A stretch of 63,797 bases of DNA, the filler included, from Cercozoa sp. M6MM (lineage: Eukaryota; Protista; Endomyxa: Ascetosporea), in NCBI GenBank assembly GCA_040357565.1. It is 8 parts of 8 records of this genome, joined end to end, with 100 filler letters (N's around TTAATTAATTAA, not from the genome) between each part and the next. Parts side by side here need not be neighbours in the genome. Positions count along the whole stretch, not along the records: positions 1 to 22,458 come from JBDODJ010000183.1; positions 22,559 to 23,658 come from JBDODJ010002176.1; positions 23,759 to 41,944 come from JBDODJ010000238.1; 5 more parts are not named here. One strand, given 5' to 3'. Shown here piece by piece: positions 13,194 to 27,031 of the stretch. Within the stretch, counting starts at the first letter, position 1; each line of letters opens with the position of its first letter. The position numbers and the translations under genes were made by a program. Under the pieces are notes generated by a model. It did not search any database. It was given only the letters and a program-made list of their open reading frames with translations, and was not told the DNA's origin.

Positions 13194-15547
13194 ATGGGTG
13201 TCAACGGCGCCCAGAAACTGGATTTTGCACTGCTCGTTCGAGAAAAGCACAAGGTAAACGGTCGACCGTGGAGCGGTTTAATCGGCAGTCCGGAGTGGTC
13301 GCCCATTGATTGGCGATGACTGAGGCGGTTTGTTAGGAGCACTGTGACTGTGGGTTGTTGTGAGTCGCAGAGGAATGATAGTCCAGCTACAGTAGTGCGA
13401 GTGGCAGCTGCCAGTGCACTTGGGTCGTCAGCCCAGTGGCAAACTGGCTCGCATTCCTTTATTCGCCGCGGGGGCTTGCCGTACCAGTGCCCAAGAAGCA
13501 CGGCGCATTGGATGAGTTGTTGTGGCACTTAATGACGCACCCACAAGGTACATCGTGCCGTTCCTCATGAGCAAATGGTTTCCAGTACTGCGTGCTTGGT
13601 CTGCAGACTACGGCGGCTATACGCGGGCCGAGTGGCTCTGGCTGCACTGGATCTCACTTGCAGTTATCGCAGCCTCTGTTGCTGGTACACATACTCTTCT
13701 CACAGATGTGTCAACACATGTTGTTGTGTTGAAGGTGCTTGCTACATCATACTTCGCGTGCTGCGGGCGAAAAAACGGGCCAAGGAAGCAAAGGTGAGTG
13801 GGGTATTGAATAGGTGTCTTGGTGGGGTTACATCTGTTTGGGACAGAGGCCGCTGCCCTTTGTGGCCGAATTGCCAATGTACATGTCGATTGCCGATCTG
13901 CTTTTTGCAATGTAAAATCACTATCCCTTTTACTACGCTTTATCCTTCCTTTTGTAGTACACATGGATCCGATCGCTTGGCTTCCTTGTCACAAGGACAC
14001 GTTACCCAGGGTAGCCTACTTTAGCTGGGTTTGTTTATTAGGTTTATGTTTGTGCTGCAGGCGGTGCGTGTGTCATCATGGGCGCTGCTACGAACTTTGC
14101 CATCTTGTGTAAACTTTGGACTTGACCGGGGGAGGGGGTGTTCTATATTTCCGATTGATGTAGGCTCGCCGTTCTGGGCAACAGGAATCGCGTACTACAT
14201 TTGGTACGGCTTTCCCTTAGAGTGTAGTACAACAGGCATCGTTATGATGGGACATTCAGGTCGCTCGTGGTACGCGAAAAGAAGATCGAACTTGGCAGAG
14301 GCAACTGGCGCATGCATGCCTGGGGCTTCGGAATTCCTGCTTTCCTTGGGGTATACGCCCTTAAATTATATATCTAAATTTATCTTATATATATATATAT
14401 ATGTATCTGTATATATATATGTGTGTGTATGTGTGTGTGTTGTTATGTCCGGTCTGTATTGTATTTTCTGTCTTCTGTAGTTGATGCAGATCCTGCTCAA
14501 GCACGCTGGTCCGGTATCGACATTCAAAGAGTGTCAGGTCTTTCGTTGTATTGTGTCATGGTGCAGGAAGCGACGTTCTGTTCGTGCAAAGGCTACACGA
14601 ACACCTTCCTGTAGGTTCCCCGCCATGAATTTCCGGATGTGTCTCTGTATGGGGCGTAGGTATCAAACTGTGCAACTGGAGGTTGCCATCCTGGCTCTTA
14701 CACTTCTGTACTCGAGCACGCGACGTCGAATCAACGAGTACCTTCGCAGTCTCAATGGAAACGACCGCTTTGTTTCGTACAATCGAATGAACGATCGCAA
14801 GATTCAGCGACTTCGCATTTTTGGTACGTTTTGCTGCTTTTTCCAAGCTTACTCTGATTCCAACGCTCTGTGATAGCTCGTCAAATGCCGTTCTTTGTGC
14901 TCGTTTTCGTTGTGCAATTCGTATCTTCTTTTTCTCTTCAACCTCACCCACCTAGCTTTCAAACCAACGTGTGTAGACACCAATGGTCGTGTACGCCATC
15001 TCGGGCTCACCAAAGCCGAATTTTTGGCTCCTTTTGGCCACCTCTGTTATTGTGAACACCGGCGGAGTCGGTACTTGTATTTTCGTATTTTGCTGGCGTT
15101 TCTTCTAAGTCGTTGAATGCACCACAGCTGACGCCCTTGTCTACAAGTCTTGGTCTCGTCGGTCGACTCGTTTCGCAACACTCCGCGGGTATCCACTTTG
15201 CAAAATCGTTGGTTATCTTTGTACATCCGCACGGACGCAGGTAAAAACGCCAGCGCGAAAAGCACAACGCCCGTCCACGGTGGTGGTCTCAAAAACCAAC
15301 GGCACCTGCGATCTCCTCGTTGTGGTATCAGCTCTTTCTACCCCCTCTTGTCCCTTCTTGTCCCTTCTTGTGTTGAGGCTGTATCTCCTAGCAACCGGCA
15401 ATGACGGTGTCGATGGCGTCCTTGCCTTCATCCCTCAGCTCCGTCCACGTTCAAGTCGAGCCCGAGGGAGATCTGCCCTCCGCAGGCTGTCGTGCCTTTG
15501 ATCAACCGTCTGACAATAGTACTCGTCTCACCGCTCATGTCCAATAG
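13194..15547 (+). CDS. Multi-pass membrane protein, possibly 7TM/GPCR-like; multi-exon, boundaries uncertain
   Basis: Several hydrophobic exons (WLWLHWISLAVIAASV, VAILALTLLYS, TPMVVYAI..FWLLLATSVIVNTGGV|ADALVY), then an S/T-rich tail. The final GxxDALVY resembles TM7 of cAMP-receptor/GCR1-like 7TM proteins. Confidence 0.45.
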
Positions 15548-15775
15548 TGTCTCGTCTGTTATTTATATTTTTTCCTTGTTGGACTCAGGCGAGTATTATA
15601 TGTGTATGTGTGTTTTTTTTTTAATTTTACGCAAACTGAATTTAAAAAAAGCCAATCCAGAAGCTGTTTCGAACACTAAATAGGATTCGCGAACAACAGG
15701 GGGGACTTAATCGCTACAGGCACAAGTCAGAACACTGCAAATTGTCTTTCTACTGTCTGTCGCTGGAGGTCTGGG

Positions 15776-18054
15776 ATGATTGGTGCCGCAGTGGATGTGT
15801 GCCGCGGCTGGTTGAGCTTGACCTCTCGAGCCGCGTATGCTCATGCCATCTGTGACGAGACGTTATGGGCCACGATTTCTTGTTTCGCGCTGCATGCCGA
15901 GCAGTACAAGATCACAGCATCGGAGGACGACGAGCCCAAAAAGGTCAATCCGATCACTCGCTTGAACAAAATCGAGCTGACTCTCGCCAAGCAGTTCGCC
16001 GCTTCACCTCAGGTAGTTTCTTCTCGTTTTTTATGCTTAGCAAAAAATCAGACATTGTTTCAAAGCAGGAGAATCAGCAAGTGGCGCTTTTGGAGTTGTG
16101 GCACGCATGCGTCGCACACTTCGCTCGCTTTCACGAGTGTTTGCTGCGACGACCTGCTTTGGTATCTTTTTATGAGTCTTTTCCCAGTCATAGTGTCACA
16201 TTTCTCAACACTGAAAGAAAAATCTCGATGATTAAGCAGATTCAAGATAGCAAGGTACGACAGGTGCGTTCAACGTTTCTGACAGCTCTTTTTGGTCTCG
16301 CTGGCGCACGTAACTTGTTAAGCTTCCTTTCAATTTAGCCGAAGTGATTTTTGTATTTTTTAGACGTCCGCATGTCTCAAGGCTTGGTGACTGACACTGT
16401 GGGCGCTGATGTCGAGCCTGAGGTTTGTTTGTCCACGTCAGCTGCAAGTTTGTTTCAGTTGAGCCCTGTGTGAGCAGGAAGTGCAAGATGACTTGCTCAA
16501 AGTTCTGTCTGAAGTCGAACTGATTTATGATCAGTGTCGCATATTTTGCCAATAGTAATTTCGCATGTGCTCATTTGTTAAATTTAACCCCCAAAGCTTA
16601 TGTGTTCAAGCAGTGTGTCACCTGTGGAATCGGAGGCAGTTTGCGTTGACGAAGCTTTTTCCAAACACCTAAATCGATGTACAGTTTTCTTCATTTTGGC
16701 TGATGAACGATGAGATCTGAGGTTTGATTCAATGTGCGTTTTAAGTGTCGAATGTGGTTTTGTCGCTCTTGGACATGACGAAATTCTGTCCAATGACGGA
16801 AGCTGTGTGCGAAAGTGCGCTCTCATTGGCGAGTTCGGTTGGTACTTTCTTTCTTCTTCTCATTGCAATCAAAAATAGTCCTTGATACTTTCTCTCATAA
16901 ATCTGCGCGCAGGTGCTCGCAAGATGCAACGACGCCTGCGAAAGAAATTAAAAGCGCTTCGTCGCCCTGCACGTCCTATTCCGGTACACTCCTCTCGCTC
17001 AGTTTTTCTGTCGGTTATTTATTCACTGGCAAAAATACAGGAAATTGTCATGTTCCAACAACGCGCGCAAGACCGCGAAAGTTTCCAGTCGAGCAGTTTT
17101 GACGAATTCGCAAACGAACTTATTCGACAGTCCGCGCAGCATCTCGGTAGACTGGATTTTCCTTTTTGTGTTTTTGTTTACGCAAAAACTAAATTATTGC
17201 GCAGAAAACACTTCGCGGCGCAGCGCCTCTCGACATATGCTGCGCGAGATACGCAAGTGCATCAAGTGAACTTCAACTTTAGTGTTTTCGTATCTATTTG
17301 AGGTTATTTTGACTACGAACAGTCACGGCGAACGATACTTCGCACGCAAAGCTGAATCAGGTGCGTTTGGGTTCTGTCTTTTTTATTCTTTTTTAGTATT
17401 TCGTGATAAAATACACGAAACTAGACCACCACAAAAAAGGCGCCAAAGTTCAGTTGCGCCATATGCGACAACTAGGCGCGCTCAACATTGCTCTTCTGGG
17501 TACGCTACATTCATATATTATCTCGCTGTGGACATACTGACGGTTCTCAGGATCGGCTCACGCGAGTGTTCGGATCGATTTGCCGTCCTCAGACTTTGAT
17601 GTCATTCTCTATGGTATCGCGTTGTTTGATGGTATGGTTTCTGTTTATACCTTTAAATTGGATTGAACAGGCGATGTGGAGCACACGCAAGCACTCATGG
17701 ATTCGTTGGCACAGCAGTTGCGAAATGCACCATTCACTCGGGTAGCGTCCCTCTAGTTGCAAACTGCAAAGTGAAGTTTTTTCTGCTGGTGTAGGGCAAG
17801 CTCGAGTACCGACGAAAAGCTCGAGTCCCTGTGATTCTGTGTTCATTGCAATTGCGGAACCTCCAGAGTCCTCTTGATGTTGATATCAGCGTGTTGAATG
17901 GTACTCTCTTTTTCTTTGTGTTATTGGTTTCATATGGCACATCCGCAGACACGGAGGCTCAAAAGTTAATCCAAAAACAAGAATGGATGGGCGCACAATT
18001 CGATGCCATTGACGCGGTGCTTCGTCAGAGAGTAAACCGGACTTTTAGCCTTTA

Positions 18055-18100
<46 letters not shown>

Positions 18101-18202
18101 NNNNNNNNNNNNNNNNNNNNNNNNNNNNNNNNNNNNNNNNNNNNNNNNNNNNNNNNNNNNNNNNNNNNNNNNNNNNNNNNNNNNNNNNNNNNNNNNNNNN
18201 AT

Positions 18203-18254
<52 letters not shown>

Positions 18255-18747
18255 ATGTGTGCGTGTGTGCGTGTGGTGTGCAGTGGAATCTCGACGCTGA
18301 AGCGTCGCCGTCGCGTGATGTTGCACGAATGGCGAAACTGGAGGTTTTGCTTGCTTTTGCCTGTGTTTTCGTTTTTTCTTTCCCCTTTAAATTCTATACT
18401 TTAGGCCAAGCGACGTCGCATTTGTGACAGTCCGAACGGTCGATTGAACTCTTTTTCGTTGACGCTGCTGACTATCGCGACTCTGCGTCACTGTGTACAC
18501 ATTTTCTTGAACCATTCATTGCCTTTTGGAGTTCTTTTTTGCAGAAGGATGAAGTGCGATCGACACGCGAAGCACTTGCGTTGCTGTTCCAAGCACTGTC
18601 AAAACTGGGTAAGAGAGATTGTTTTTTCAAGAATTTGTATTTGTACTGTGAAACAGGAACGATAGCGATTGACACGCATCGGCAAAATGTACAAAAACCA
18701 AGCAAACCTGTGTCTGTGTGTCTGTGTCTGTGTGTGTGTGTGTGTGT

Positions 18748-18823
<76 letters not shown>

Positions 18824-19294
18824 TTCGTGTTTTGTGGGTAGAGCTGGTTTGTGCCCAAAAAGTCGCTGCCGCGACACATCCACGCGAAACTCTTCGTCAT
18901 TCTTGATCCGTTGGATGCTACAGACAACGCCGCTCGCTCTGTTCGTTTCTTTTTTTTAGTTCTCAGTCTGTCTGAGTGTTGTTACCTTGTAATTTCAGGT
19001 GAGAAAAAAGGGCGCTTTTAACGCAATTCGAAAGGCAGCAGAGAGCGCATCTACGGTATACACCCAACTACCCAACACAGGACGTCGTGTATATTGCTGT
19101 TTCGTGTTCAGTACTTCAGCGAGGCGCCTTTCGTCCGGCATTTTAATCAGGAAGGGTATGCCTGTCATAATATTGCATTCCGATTCAACGCAAATACAGT
19201 CGTATTGGCAGAACAAGCAGTTATAACAACTCGGACGTGTTCGACGTTGTTTTCGGTAGCAGACGTAGTGCCGGCTAGTCGAGGGCTAACGTAG
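15776..19294 (+). CDS. Non-canonical poly(A) polymerase/TUTase (TRF4/Cid1/TENT family) with a long unrecognised N-terminal region; multi-exon
   Basis: Spliced LLG|SAHASVRIDLPSSDFDVILYG (GS...SDxD, about 17490-17613), VDISVLN (third Asp), AKRRRICDSPNGRLNSFSLTLL, and PAP-associated FVILDPLDATDNA. Confidence 0.75.
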
Positions 19295-19533
19295 TCTACA
19301 AACTGCGGCTTGCGGCCGGGGGCTGGCGACATATTTAAAATAGGCTACAGGCTGAGCACAATTCCCTTTTTACAACTGCCGGATACCGCTCAGGGTGCCG
19401 AATCTCCAAAAAACCACTAGGATAATGATGTAACAACTTCAATGTCGATCACCGTTTTATTTAGTCTTTTATTTTTCTGCTGGGCGCTCAACAGTATTCA
19501 CCGCGCACGATCGCTGTGCTTTGGGTGCGTGCA

Positions 19534-21644
19534 ATGGTGCTCCGAGTTCGGGCAGCGTGCCTACGAAGTGCGGCGCGCTTTTACACTAGGCGCCGACGCG
19601 GAGGTAGACAAAAATAAGCCCGGTTTTAACCTTTTTCTCACCTTTTGGATCTCAAACAGAGTCCCAACTCGAACTTCCGCGCGGATTTGATCGAGTCAGG
19701 ACTCGCTTTGCACCTTCTCCGACCGGAGAGCTGCACCTGGGTGGCTTGCGCTCAGCGCTGTACAACTATCTGTTCGCAAAATCGCGCGGTGGCGACTTCT
19801 TGCTACGTATCGAGGACACTGACCAAACGCGGCTTGTCGAAGGTTCTGCTGACCGTGTTTTCGAGGTAGCTAGGCTTCCAGCTTTTCTTTTTTGCTGCTT
19901 AAGATGATCTTTCAATGCAGACTCTCGATTGGGCCGGTTTGCGCCCTGATGAAGGTCCGCGAGTCGGCGGTGCGAGCGGTCCTTACGTGCAGTCTGAACG
20001 CGCGAAGCAAGGCTTTTACAACGATGTGGTGGGCGAGTTGATGGACCGTGGTCATGCATATCGATGCTTCTGCTCGGCCGATCGACTTGAGAAACTGCGA
20101 CTTGAGCAAAGTCAGCAAGGTGTCGCAACCATGTACGACAGGCACTGCGCTTCGCTTTCGAAAGCAGAGTCTGATGCCCGTGCTCGAAACGAACCGTTTG
20201 TGGTGCGAATGCGGGTGCCTGAGGGTATCCACATCATTTATGTTTTGAAATTGAGTTTAGTGATTAAACGATGTGTCCCTTTAGGCGAAGTGCAAATGCA
20301 AGACATTGTCTCTGGCCGTTTGCACGTCGATGGACGCACTGTGGATGATCAAGTTTTAATGAAGTCGGACGGCATGCCGACTTACCACCTTGCTTGCGTT
20401 GTTGACGACCGCATGTACCACTGCTTGCATTGTTTTCGAAAGTGTAAAGGGTAAATTTAGGATGGAGATTTCGCATGTGATTCGCGGAGCCGAGTGGCTT
20501 CCTTCGCTCCCCAAGCACGCGCTTTTGTACGATATGCTGGAGTGGCAGCGACCTCGTTTCGGTATCTCATGTGCTTGTTTGGTTGTTTTGCGATATTTTT
20601 GCGCATGCAGCGCACCTTCCTCTCTTGCTGGATGGCGAATTCGGTGGCAAGCTCAGTAAGCGGAACAAAGCTTCTTCGGTGCAGTGGTTCATTAACCAAG
20701 GTAACTTCAGTTGCTAAACCTCCATGTTTTCATTTCGTATGACCGGCGTAGGTTTCTTGAGCGATGCCGTGCTCAACTTTGTCGCTTTCCTCGGCTGGGG
20801 TGGCGACGTGCATGGCCAACGTCTCAAGCTGCCCGAGCTTGTTGAGCACTTCGACCTTTCCCGTATTATAGCATTCGTTTGTTGTATTTTGTACGTCATA
20901 CCTTGTTAGGTGTGGGAAAGAGTGGCGCGATTGTCGATCTCGCGATGCTTCGTTCAATCAACAAAGCTCACGTTGCCGAAGCTGTGCGATCGGGTACTCT
21001 TTTGTCTTTTGCTATGTGTTAGATTTGCTGCATATTGTGTCTTCAGAATCGACCGCGCTGGACGAAATGTGCGCCTGCCTAGAAAAGAAGGTTCGAGAGG
21101 AATTTCCGCATGCCGCAGGAACAGAAAGCGCTCGTGTACGCCGCATCGCGAAGTTGCTCAGCGATCGTGCGTCGTGTGTCGAAGAGATGCTTGGTAAAAG
21201 AGGTCATTTGACATCACGTAGTAAGAAAATGAGAGAATGCTACGTGTGCACTTAGGCCTGGCGGAGCACTTTTTTGTCGAGGACTGGGAAAGCGCCCCAC
21301 CAAGAGACGACTCTGAATTGCTCGCTGTGAGCACTTTCCGCTCTCTTCTTGCAGAGCAGCTTGCAGAGGACCAAGATGTTGATTTCGCGAAGCTTCTCAA
21401 AACGACGCAACAGCAGACGAAACTCAAGGGCAAACGACTGATGATGCCTGTATGCTTTCTCCATACGTGTACGCTGCGTACACTCATTTATGTTTGCATA
21501 TGTGCGTAGATCCGCCGCGCAATCACAGGCGCCGAGGTCGGAGCGTCGTTATCGGAGACGCTCGCTATCCTGGGCCGCGACACTTGCCTGCGGCGGCTCG
21601 ACTCCGTGCTTAAGGACGCGCCCGTAGTTGAAGACACTGCTTGA
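19534..21644 (+). CDS. EARS2: Glutamate--tRNA ligase, bacterial/mitochondrial type; multi-exon
   Basis: R-rich leader; [74 protein letters not shown]; anticodon domain ends DTCLRRL...*. Confidence 0.96.
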
Positions 21645-21789
21645 TGTGAGTGTGTGAGGATGCTACGAAACTCTCAAGTTGGAAACGAAATGCGTTGTCG
21701 ACGGACTCGCGTCGGCTGTCGCGTCGTGGACGCGACGTGCCATCATGATGACTGAAATCCGATCGGATTAAACCTTCCTTTCCGTGGTC

Positions 21790-22393
21790 CAACTTTCGCG
21801 GGCCTTCCTACAGCAGGCAATGCTTACGTACCCTCGTAGAGATGGATGTGGAAGCAAGCAAACTGCAGAGCAACAGACTAGCTAACCGGCAGTCTCAATC
21901 ACAAAGCCACAAACTCTTAGCTCTTCTTTCTCTTTTGCTTTCATGGCAGGAGACCAGCGGAGCTCGAGACTGCATAATCTGAGTCAGTTTGTAAAATTTA
22001 CTCAAGTCTGATTCTGGAGAAGAGAGTCCTTGTTCCTGCCGCGGTGGATGTGTCGTGGAATACAAAGTCGCTGTACGAGTGCCTGGTTGAAATTGCTTGT
22101 GCTGCTTGTGCTCGTGCTGCTTGTGCTATTCGAGCTGCTGCTGCGGCTACTGTCACTGCTGTTTCTGCGCTTGCTGCGCTTGCGTCTGTGTGGAAACACG
22201 GTGTGGTCGCCTCGATTCTCGAGATAGGCAGAGCTTCGAGCTCGACGAAGTCGCGCGGTCACGCGTCGTTTAATTTTTGGCTCGCGGTGCATTTGGCGGA
22301 GTGCAAGCCGCAAATGAATACACGCGCGGTGTCGGTTTGTGCCGTTCATTGGCATGCACACCGAGTGCTTGTGCCACCGTCTGTCTTTGCTGC

Positions 22394-22395
<2 letters not shown>
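21790..22395 (-). CDS. Hypothetical protein, internal or 3' exons (Ala/Gln-rich); partial
   Basis: Open minus-strand exon (AAAARIAQAARAAQAAQAISTRHSYSDFVFH...) followed by GT-AG-bounded short exons; no family recognised. Confidence 0.35.
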
Positions 22396-22452
<57 letters not shown>

Positions 22453-22458
22453 GGGGCG

Positions 22459-22558
22459 NNNNNNNNNNNNNNNNNNNNNNNNNNNNNNNNNNNNNNNNNN
22501 NNTTAATTAATTAANNNNNNNNNNNNNNNNNNNNNNNNNNNNNNNNNNNNNNNNNNNN
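22459..22558. other. Artificial contig linker N-TTAATTAATTAA-N (also at 23703, 41989, 49024, 52904, 58958, 60321)
   Basis: Identical all-frame stop cassette centred in 100-base N blocks, seven times. Confidence 0.98.
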
Positions 22559-23658
22559 GGTGCGGGGAGGTCAAACACGAAAGCACCTTCAGAGACGTTG
22601 ACGCGGTTCGTGTGACGCAACTGCAGCGAGGCACGCGACACCTGGGACACCAGGGGGGTAGAGTGGTAGGGATGTGGAGAACCACAGACCCAGAATGTAC
22701 CAGTGACGGCTGTGCGCACACCACGACACACGCGTCGACAGTGCGCGGGCCAAAGCACCAAACCTACAGCACAGCGGGCGGCAGGTTAGGGGGGGGGGGG
22801 TAAAGTAGGTAACATGCATAGATGTACCTGCTCCTTGGACCACGGCAGTCCCGGAGCAATAGCCTCGAGTGCTCTGTGTCACACATAAGGTAGGGGGGAG
22901 GGGCAAAGGCGCATGGATAAACGGGATACGCAAGGGGATCGGGTCGTTTCTTCTGTCCCAGCTGCGCTAGCACTCGTGGCACGTCGACACTGCGATCCAA
23001 CTCAGTCTCCTCCTAAAGGGGTGGGGTAGAAGGGAAAGGAAGGGCAAGCAGGAGGAGGGGGCACCTTGACAATTGAGTGCAGGAACTGCGGCACGAGAGG
23101 CACNNNNNNNNNNGGTGCGGGGAGGTCAAACACGAAAGCACCTTCAGAGACGTTGACGCGGTTCGTGTGACGCAACTGCAGCGAGGCACGCGACACCTGG
23201 GACACCAGGGGGGTAGAGTGGTAGGGATGTGGAGAACCACAGACCCAGAATGTACCAGTGACGGCTGTGCGCACACCACGACACACGCGTCGACAGTGCG
23301 CGGGCCAAAGCACCAAACCTACAGCACAGCGGGCGGCAGGTTAGGGGGGGGGGGGTAAAGTAGGTAACATGCATAGATGTACCTGCTCCTTGGACCACGG
23401 CAGTCCCGGAGCAATAGCCTCGAGTGCTCTGTGTCACACATAAGGTAGGGGGGAGGGGCAAAGGCGCATGGATAAACGGGATACGCAAGGGGATCGGGTC
23501 GTTTCTTCTGTCCCAGCTGCGCTAGCACTCGTGGCACGTCGACACTGCGATCCAACTCAGTCTCCTCCTAAAGGGGTGGGGTAGAAGGGAAAGGAAGGGC
23601 AAGCAGGAGGAGGGGGCACCTTGACAATTGAGTGCAGGAACTGCGGCACGAGAGGCAC
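22559..23658. repeat. Apparently identical 545-bp direct duplication (22559-23103 and 23114-23658) carrying minus-strand exons of an unknown gene
   Basis: The copies read identically by eye and are separated by exactly 10 Ns; probable scaffolding artefact. Confidence 0.85.
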
Positions 23659-23759
23659 NNNNNNNNNNNNNNNNNNNNNNNNNNNNNNNNNNNNNNNNNN
23701 NNTTAATTAATTAANNNNNNNNNNNNNNNNNNNNNNNNNNNNNNNNNNNNNNNNNNNNC

Positions 23760-24346
<587 letters not shown>

Positions 24347-24626
24347 TGACGCCGGAACAACCGAAATGAAACCGTGGTCCCGAATATAATCGGACTGCCT
24401 AGCCTACTGACAAAACTGAACACGGTTTCCGAGTCCTCCATTTGGATGGGTTAAGCTAGTTTTGTAGCCCGAACGTTTTCTGGGCCTGCCCTGCGCTGGC
24501 GTGACGCTTACTGTGGGCTAATCGAATTGTGTTTATGCCGGCTTTGCCCTGTTGACCAACTCCTGGCTCTCAATAGCTTTTCGTGGTGTCCAGTGCAGTG
24601 CCTGTTGGTTTAGGTGCCGTTAGAGA

Positions 24627-25746
24627 ATGTCACAGCTGCCAATTCGCTACCTCAGTCAACAGGCTGCAAAGCAATTTGACTTGCAGCTGATGTCAGCGTA
24701 AATAATGCCTTCTTTCTTTTGCTTGGTGAGAAATGCTGTGCCAAGCAGCGAATACGGTTTCTCGCTGGAGCAACTGATGGAACTCGCCGGTTTGTCGGTA
24801 GCTTCTGCAGTCCGGGAGATCGTCGCTCCGCCTGCGAGGTGTTTTCACAATGCACTGTGCACTGACGAAGTTGAACAGTATGGATGACTGCACCTTCAGG
24901 GTGATCGTGTGTGCCGGAAAAGGCAACAACGGCGGAGATGGGCTGGTTTGCGCACGGCACTGTAAAATTGCTGCTTGTTGTTTTACGCCTGCCAAAACTT
25001 GACTGACTTTCCTCGGGTAGTGAGTCACATGGGCTACGAGTGCGAACTCGTCTGCCCGGCACACACTGACTTCAACGAGCGCATGCAGCGCCTCGTTCTG
25101 CAGTGCCGTCAACTTGACGTACCACTGCACTCGCGGCTGCCCGAACTAGAGGACAAGGCAGGTCAGTTTGAGTTTAGTTTACCTGTGGTATGACCCTGTT
25201 TTGTTTACCTGCGTAGTTATCGTGGACGCAATGCTGGGCTTTGGCTTTAAGCCGCCTCTGAAAGGTGTCTACTTCGACTTGGTGCAGCAGATGAAGTCGC
25301 GGGATAGAACAAAGCACACGCTCGTCAGCGTTGACGTTCCGACTGGGTACGTTCGCCCTATTGTTGTGTCGCATGTATAGGAACTACTGTACGACTCTTT
25401 AGTTGGCATGTCGAGCAAGGCCCTGTCGACAGCGCCAGTGCCCTGGACCCTGACGTGCTGGTGTCACTCAGTGCTCCCAAGCTGTGTGCGCAACACTTCA
25501 GCGGCATCCATGTAATTACTGCCAGTTGAACTGTCTCCCATTGCAGACACATTCACACGTTATGCACACTCATCTGCGCAGTTCTTGGGCGGTCGCTTTG
25601 TTCCGCGCTCGTTGGCCAAGGTACTGGACCGTACGAGCCGTAGCAGCCTGAGTCATGTGCAGTTTGTACATGGGCAGAAATACGACATCGAATGGGTCTG
25701 CGACGCCTACGAAAACACTGCACAGCAGATTACTCTGCTTGAATAG
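24627..25746 (+). CDS. NAXE: NAD(P)H-hydrate epimerase (YjeF_N); multi-exon
   Basis: YLSQQAAKQFDLQLMS|..YGFSLEQLMELAGLSVA, GKGNNGGDGLVCARHL, IVDAMLGFGFKPP, VSVDVPTG|WHVE, LVSLSAPK, FLGGRFVP. Confidence 0.95.
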
Positions 25747-25770
25747 CAGACGCGTCGATACCGGAGCGGA

Positions 25771-26042
25771 CGTCACCGCAGCCCTCGCCTCCCAGATAGG
25801 GATTAGGCCTTGGTAAATTGAGGGTACTTTGCAGTGATACAAAAAAAACTAAGGAACGTAAGTCTGTCTTGGAGGGAGTGGTGTCAGTTGGGCGGCAAAG
25901 CACTCGTGGACGGGAAAGGCACCCGTCATAATTGAGTTGGCGTGAAGAAGAGCCTCAGGACACCAGCCAACACATGTCAAAAACTGTCAAAAACTTCCAC
26001 GCCTCTCTCTTGAGGTTTTTGTTAAGTCTTGCTGCTGTAACA
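25771..26042 (+). mobile_element. Degenerate, internally deleted solo-LTR-like element, copy C (inverted relative to copies A and B)
   Basis: Starts cGTcACCGCAGCCCTC and ends TGCTGTAACA; CAGATAGGGATTAG..TTGGTAAATTGAGGGTACTTTGC.AGTGATACAAAAAAAACTAA matches the reverse complement of 61097-61171 and 57631-57705. Confidence 0.75.
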
Positions 26043-26094
26043 CGGGAGCCAAGCAGACTCAGCGCGTTAAAAGTAACCAGAATTTAAAGTGTTT

Positions 26095-26118
26095 TGGTGG
26101 TGTCATTTGACACCGGAA
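26095..26118 (-). terminator. Histone-type 3' UTR stem-loop of H4 (TTCC-GGTGTC-AAAT-GACACC-ACCA)
   Basis: 6-bp perfect stem about 56 nt after the stop; same stem and flanks as in the H3 3' UTR. Confidence 0.75.
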
Positions 26119-26170
26119 TCCGTGATGGATAAGAGGTTGTGTTGGGTGCTTGCTTGCGGGAGCGTGTTGC

Positions 26171-27031
<861 letters not shown>

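Noticed and set aside
15500-15810. 7TM-nucleotidyltransferase fusion through a 4-nt micro-exon
   Set aside because: The frame can be forced, but the downstream gene has its own open ATG at 15776 and an AACTGAA lies between the two; two genes is simpler.
22503-22514. Repeated TTAATTAATTAA palindrome (7 copies)
   Set aside because: Always centred in 100-base N blocks; an artificial all-frame-stop contig linker.
22559-23658. 545-bp tandem duplication as a recent segmental duplication
   Set aside because: Identical copies separated by exactly 10 Ns and filling the whole contig; most likely a scaffolding artefact.
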